Below, one piece after another: positions 26,701-29,038 of a DNA stretch of 29,038 nt (position 1 is its first letter; each line of letters starts with the position of its first letter). This DNA comes from a virus (lineage: Duplodnaviria; Caudoviricetes): the IMG/VR virus record IMGVR_UViG_3300032247_000665, positions 1 through 29,038 of that record; one strand, written 5' to 3'. The notes beneath the pieces were generated by a model, which worked only from the letters and a program-made list of their open reading frames with translations, did not search any database and was not told where the DNA came from. A program made the position numbers and the translations under genes.

Positions 26701-29038
26701 TTTTGTTTTAGCCATATACGATGTTACGCCACCAAAAATTGCTCCAGCAGCTGCTGCTGCTGCGCCAGCTTGTGGTCCAAACATCATCCCCATAGAACCC
26801 CATTGAGTAGCAGTGTTTACTGCACCCTTTGCAACTTGATTTTCACCTATAACTTTGTTAGCAATTCCACTAAGCATTGGAGCTGCTACCTGAGCAGCCA
26901 TCATGCCCATAGGGCTAAATCCAGGACCTCCGCCTAGATTCTTTGCCTTACTCAAAAGGTTGCCCATCTTGCTTGGCTTTTCATATCTTGGTACCAATCC
27001 ACGCTGATCTTGACCCTCTGGCTCTAATGGATTTGGGGCACCAAAAATCCATTTCTTTTTGTCAGCATCAGACAGTTCTCTTACCTGTTCTTGAAGACTT
27101 GTAGTTGGTGAACCAAATAATTTATTAAGAATCCCGCCAAATAATGTTTCTTTTCCTGGATCTCCAGAACCTGTGGCAAATCTAGGAGCAGCATTCCAAT
27201 TTAAATGATTAAGTAATCCGCCATATTGTTTTGCTGCATTTTTGTTAACAACAAATTCTCCTGGCTCAAGCATGGCGGGCACTCTATCTCCGTTCCCGCT
27301 TCCTGGAACCCAAGGACTTCCGCCTTGTTGAAGTTTCTTTGTTTTAATTCCTGTTGGATCAAACCAGGCTGCAACATTATGTGGAGCTCCATGTGTGGCT
27401 AATCCTCCTGTATGCACTAGTCCTGTATAACCATTTTGTAACAAAGATTTTCTAAGAACATCATTATTTTCAAATATTAAAGTTCTTCTATCTCCTATTG
27501 CTGGTTTTCCATGACGACCCAGCATCCCTTCTTGATAAACAAAACCATCTGCATAGGTATTATAAAATTTATGTGGGGCTTTTCTTGCTTTTAATTCATT
27601 TAACTTTTTGATATCTTCTTCGGAGGCACCCTCATAATTCCCAGCCCTATAATTCATTTCTATTGTTCGACCAATTTTGAGAATTTTTGCTTCTTCTCTT
27701 TTTGCATGAACTGCATCAAGTGCTATCTGTTCTACAGGGTTTTTTGATTTTAAAGGAATTTTTTTGGAATTATTATATCTATCAAAAGCACGATTAAATT
27801 CTAATGGGCTACCTCCAATTTTAGCGAGATTATTACTAACTAGGTCTTGACGTGCTCGAAATTTTTTCAGTTCTGACTCAAGGGTTCTATCTCCATATGG
27901 ATTACTCCAAGCTATGTCTCTTAAAGCATATTCATAATCATTATGGAATTTAACAGCTCTTGGATCTTCAATTTTTAATCTATTTCTTCCGCCCTTCATA
28001 AAGTTCATATAAATAGATCTAAACAATTTTGAACTTTGAGTCATGATACTCGGACCACCCTCAAGTAGATTTATAAGTTTTCTTTGTTGATCTGGAATAT
28101 TAGATACCATTTTTACTCCAGCACGATCATACTGGCTTGCTATTTGCTGACTTGATGTTGTAAAGAAATCTCCCTGGAACCAATTTTCTTGAACAGCACC
28201 CCTAGAACCTAATTCTGATGGCAGTGCACCAGTTTTATCTCCGTGATATAGTGGACTACCTAAAATGTCATCAGTGGTTACTGGAATAAATTCACGACCT
28301 GTACTTTCAGCACCCATTCTTTGTGCTCTTTTTCCTATGATTTGTTCAAATGGTGTTTTTTTTCCACCCCTAATTAGTCCTTGAATTCCGCCAAGTTGTT
28401 TCATATTAAGAACATATGGAAGATTTCTTTCCCATTCTGGGTATAAGTGTTTTCCGCCCATATATCTATCTGGTGGTATCCATGCCTGAGAAATAGATTC
28501 TAAAATTGGTTCTCCTGGATTTGCAAGCCATTCTTTTTCCATAAGTTTTGTTCCACGATACTTTCCTCCTGGATTGGCAGAAGTTATATCTAGCATTGGT
28601 GTTCCAGCACCAAATAGTCTTTGGAAAATTACATCTCTTGGCTTCATGCCCATTGGTGACAATGCTTTTTGTGATTCAATTTGCATTTCAAGCATTCTTT
28701 GCTTGGCTTGTCTAAGCTTGTCTATATTTTCTGGAGTAAGGTCTTCAGCTGACTTGAACACATAATTTCTTTTTACAAGTTGCTCTCTAGCAAATTTAAC
28801 TGTTTCTTTGTCTGGACTTTGCAAATTTGCTACAAAACGCTCCAAATTTTCTATCTCTGACTGAGCGTTAGATACCATATTTTCTGCTTGACGCATTTTG
28901 AGCGGGTAATCATGGAATTCACGAGCCATTAACCATTCTGGTCCCCATTCAGTATATGCAGATGGTCTACCATTTAAAGTAAACTTGCTTCCAAGTATTG
29001 ATTCATAGTTTCCAGATTCAAGTGCTTTTAATATAGCA
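23764..29038 (-). CDS. tail tape measure protein with embedded enzyme-like (ADP-ribosyltransferase-like) domains; 5'-truncated by the window
   Basis: Frame stays open from 28929 to the window end (AILKALESGNYESILGSKFTLNGRPSAYTEWGPEWL-MAR...). Long Ala/Gln/Lys helical rod, Gly/Ala hydrophobic segment, three GG...PAML..GE(F/Y)VV modules, typical C-terminus (YNINVTANTNANADDIANTVIKAI). Confidence 0.88.
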   Translation of the reverse strand, partial: AILKALESGNYESILGSKFTLNGRPSAYTEWGPEWLMAREFHDYPLKMRQAENMVSNAQSEIENLERFVANLQSPDKETVKFAREQLVKRNYVFKSAEDLTPENIDKLRQAKQRMLEMQIESQKALSPMGMKPRDVIFQRLFGAGTPMLDITSANPGGKYRGTKLMEKEWLANPGEPILESISQAWIPPDRYMGGKHLYPEWERNLPYVLNMKQLGGIQGLIRGGKKTPFEQIIGKRAQRMGAESTGREFIPVTTDDILGSPLYHGDKTGALPSELGSRGAVQENWFQGDFFTTSSQQIASQYDRAGVKMVSNIPDQQRKLINLLEGGPSIMTQSSKLFRSIYMNFMKGGRNRLKIEDPRAVKFHNDYEYALRDIAWSNPYGDRTLESELKKFRARQDLVSNNLAKIGGSPLEFNRAFDRYNNSKKIPLKSKNPVEQIALDAVHAKREEAKILKIGRTIEMNYRAGNYEGASEEDIKKLNELKARKAPHKFYNTYADGFVYQEGMLGRHGKPAIGDRRTLIFENNDVLRKSLLQNGYTGLVHTGGLATHGAPHNVAAWFDPTGIKTKKLQQGGSPWVPGSGNGDRVPAMLEPGEFVVNKNAAKQYGGLLNHLNWNAAPRFATGSGDPGKETLFGGILNKLFGSPTTSLQEQVRELSDADKKKWIFGAPNPLEPEGQDQRGLVPRYEKPSKMGNLLSKAKNLGGGPGFSPMGMMAAQVAAPMLSGIANKVIGENQVAKGAVNTATQWGSMGMMFGPQAGAAAAAAGAIFGGVTSYMAKTKAEAKQAADAISVSTTTSTDTLKMLGVRIGDFSNATVLASNGLQKPIDKMQKLINGLADSIKGAGDAETQNALKNLKEGDQTQKTSQLKDVFQSTLMSTGSQAKAIQAVKAWMKASGMDLAQQGSILSSKEFDPAGKGRTGNELSNLLGRTNQNKNAGANVLFQASTTTDIKTFSSQLSKAFTSGMLNKINNSGVAFNQFNNQVRATSPSLATLNSHLFKSGAQLSSIAKIDVLAANGFKMTSGQAEYLTKNLKMLSAVTDLASAAQSVQIGAQPFIDRMYKKDENWAKTKQKALKDTTTQINNQIKAQNNFIKSQQNGINSIQKEIDARQKLWDKKQQGNEQQQTLNNLAKSINDAQSSGDLIGLALAQNAYNKELRNERELKEKQAKDASDQKRIANLQSAIDKANGVIDALNERLNTAQTKFDDTADKSTNFGETAEKAIKAVRDDVANGKITDEKTLRGALHKAGLTAGEVDDAFKNIDKDGNFQKIVNNSTTINKALAGVKDGFEKQVALALMMGGASKESAFKQAGIASKTPKSVEPKGGAQVVTKSGTWVYKDRKASRTSLHHKQNEQDAQEWQGEGWYLPMQGKDKFLSPNKQPEGKFTQGKGTYAAGGYISGMGTGTSDSIPAMLSNGEYVVRASSVSKLGRGFLDGINRYADGGPVGNVGGGSVGSRVLNQSQAYSAVKSMVPLFDPSWWKKAVVNPALKIPFNWWNIVVKKSIPTFDKDWWKLNTSQYGIKNSTEIAQKIVPLFSPKWWADVKSNPFSISDFIDTTNPLDIANFVTGTVSSGTTAATTATTVTGAVSVSNFPTSQAVTGTFTKDIQAVNWTESKPVYISQTTTNATAVKVQTPKAPTTSGWATGGYISGAGGPTSDMIPAMLSNGEYVVKASSVSSYGKGMLDAINNRKFATGGLATKYAIGGAVETGNNSSFSDNSVYNINVTANTNANADDIANTVIKAIQRQQSSLTTSRNMGSR
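23959..27333 (-). repeat. three copies of a ~52-55-aa TMP module (GG...G.G..D.(I/V)PAML..GE(Y/F)VV......(Y/L)G...L...N...(F/Y)A.G)
   Basis: Copies at about 27169-27333, 24712-24867 and 23959-24120. Confidence 0.85.

Noticed and set aside
24233-28765. Plus-strand ORFs within the TMP, as possible antitoxin/immunity genes for the ART domains
   Set aside because: Short antisense shadows with no RBS or domain features; no immunity gene can be supported in this window
28927-28929. ATG at 28929 as the TMP start
   Set aside because: The frame is open to the window edge, there is no RBS, and the ATG falls within an ART-like motif set; the gene starts outside the window
1-29038. Genome-wide stop-codon reassignment (TGA or TAG)
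   Set aside because: Long genes are open in the standard code and Trp is encoded by TGG. Several genes end in TAG at tight junctions, and TGA ends ORF 18221-18661 in a canonical TGATG overlap. Only one internal TGA is seen.
1-29038. tRNA, rRNA, CRISPR array, integrase or IS element
   Set aside because: Intergenic gaps are all under about 70 bp, and no such patterns or ORFs were recognised

Overview
A 29-kb, AT-rich segment of a large tailed (siphovirus-like) dsDNA phage genome. All credible genes are on the minus strand and tightly packed. In transcription order (right to left) it holds a tail module (giant tape measure protein truncated by the window edge, distal-tail-like protein, 1511-aa tail tip/hub protein, two small tail proteins, 1463-aa modular tail fibre), a block of small genes (lectin/gp53-like, HNH, metallophosphoesterase, holin-like, Zn-ribbon, HTH protein), and a replication/repair module (DnaB helicase, primase, gp32-like SSB, pyrimidine-dimer glycosylase-like protein, DnaE, MazG-like, RecA). 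The gene set and promoters resemble large actinobacteriophages, but the host is an inference. The main observations are: (1) the tape measure protein seems to carry two different ADP-ribosyltransferase-like domains, set off from the rod by a thrice-repeated lambda-gpH-C-terminus-like module, suggesting an injected and possibly processed effector polyprotein; (2) dnaE is interrupted by a single in-frame TGA while the frame is otherwise intact; (3) a recurring [S/T]-A-S tripeptide occurs in external tail proteins but apparently not in the tape measure or replication proteins; (4) sigma70-type promoters, two with the -10 box inside an inverted repeat. All family assignments come from motifs read by eye; no searches were run.
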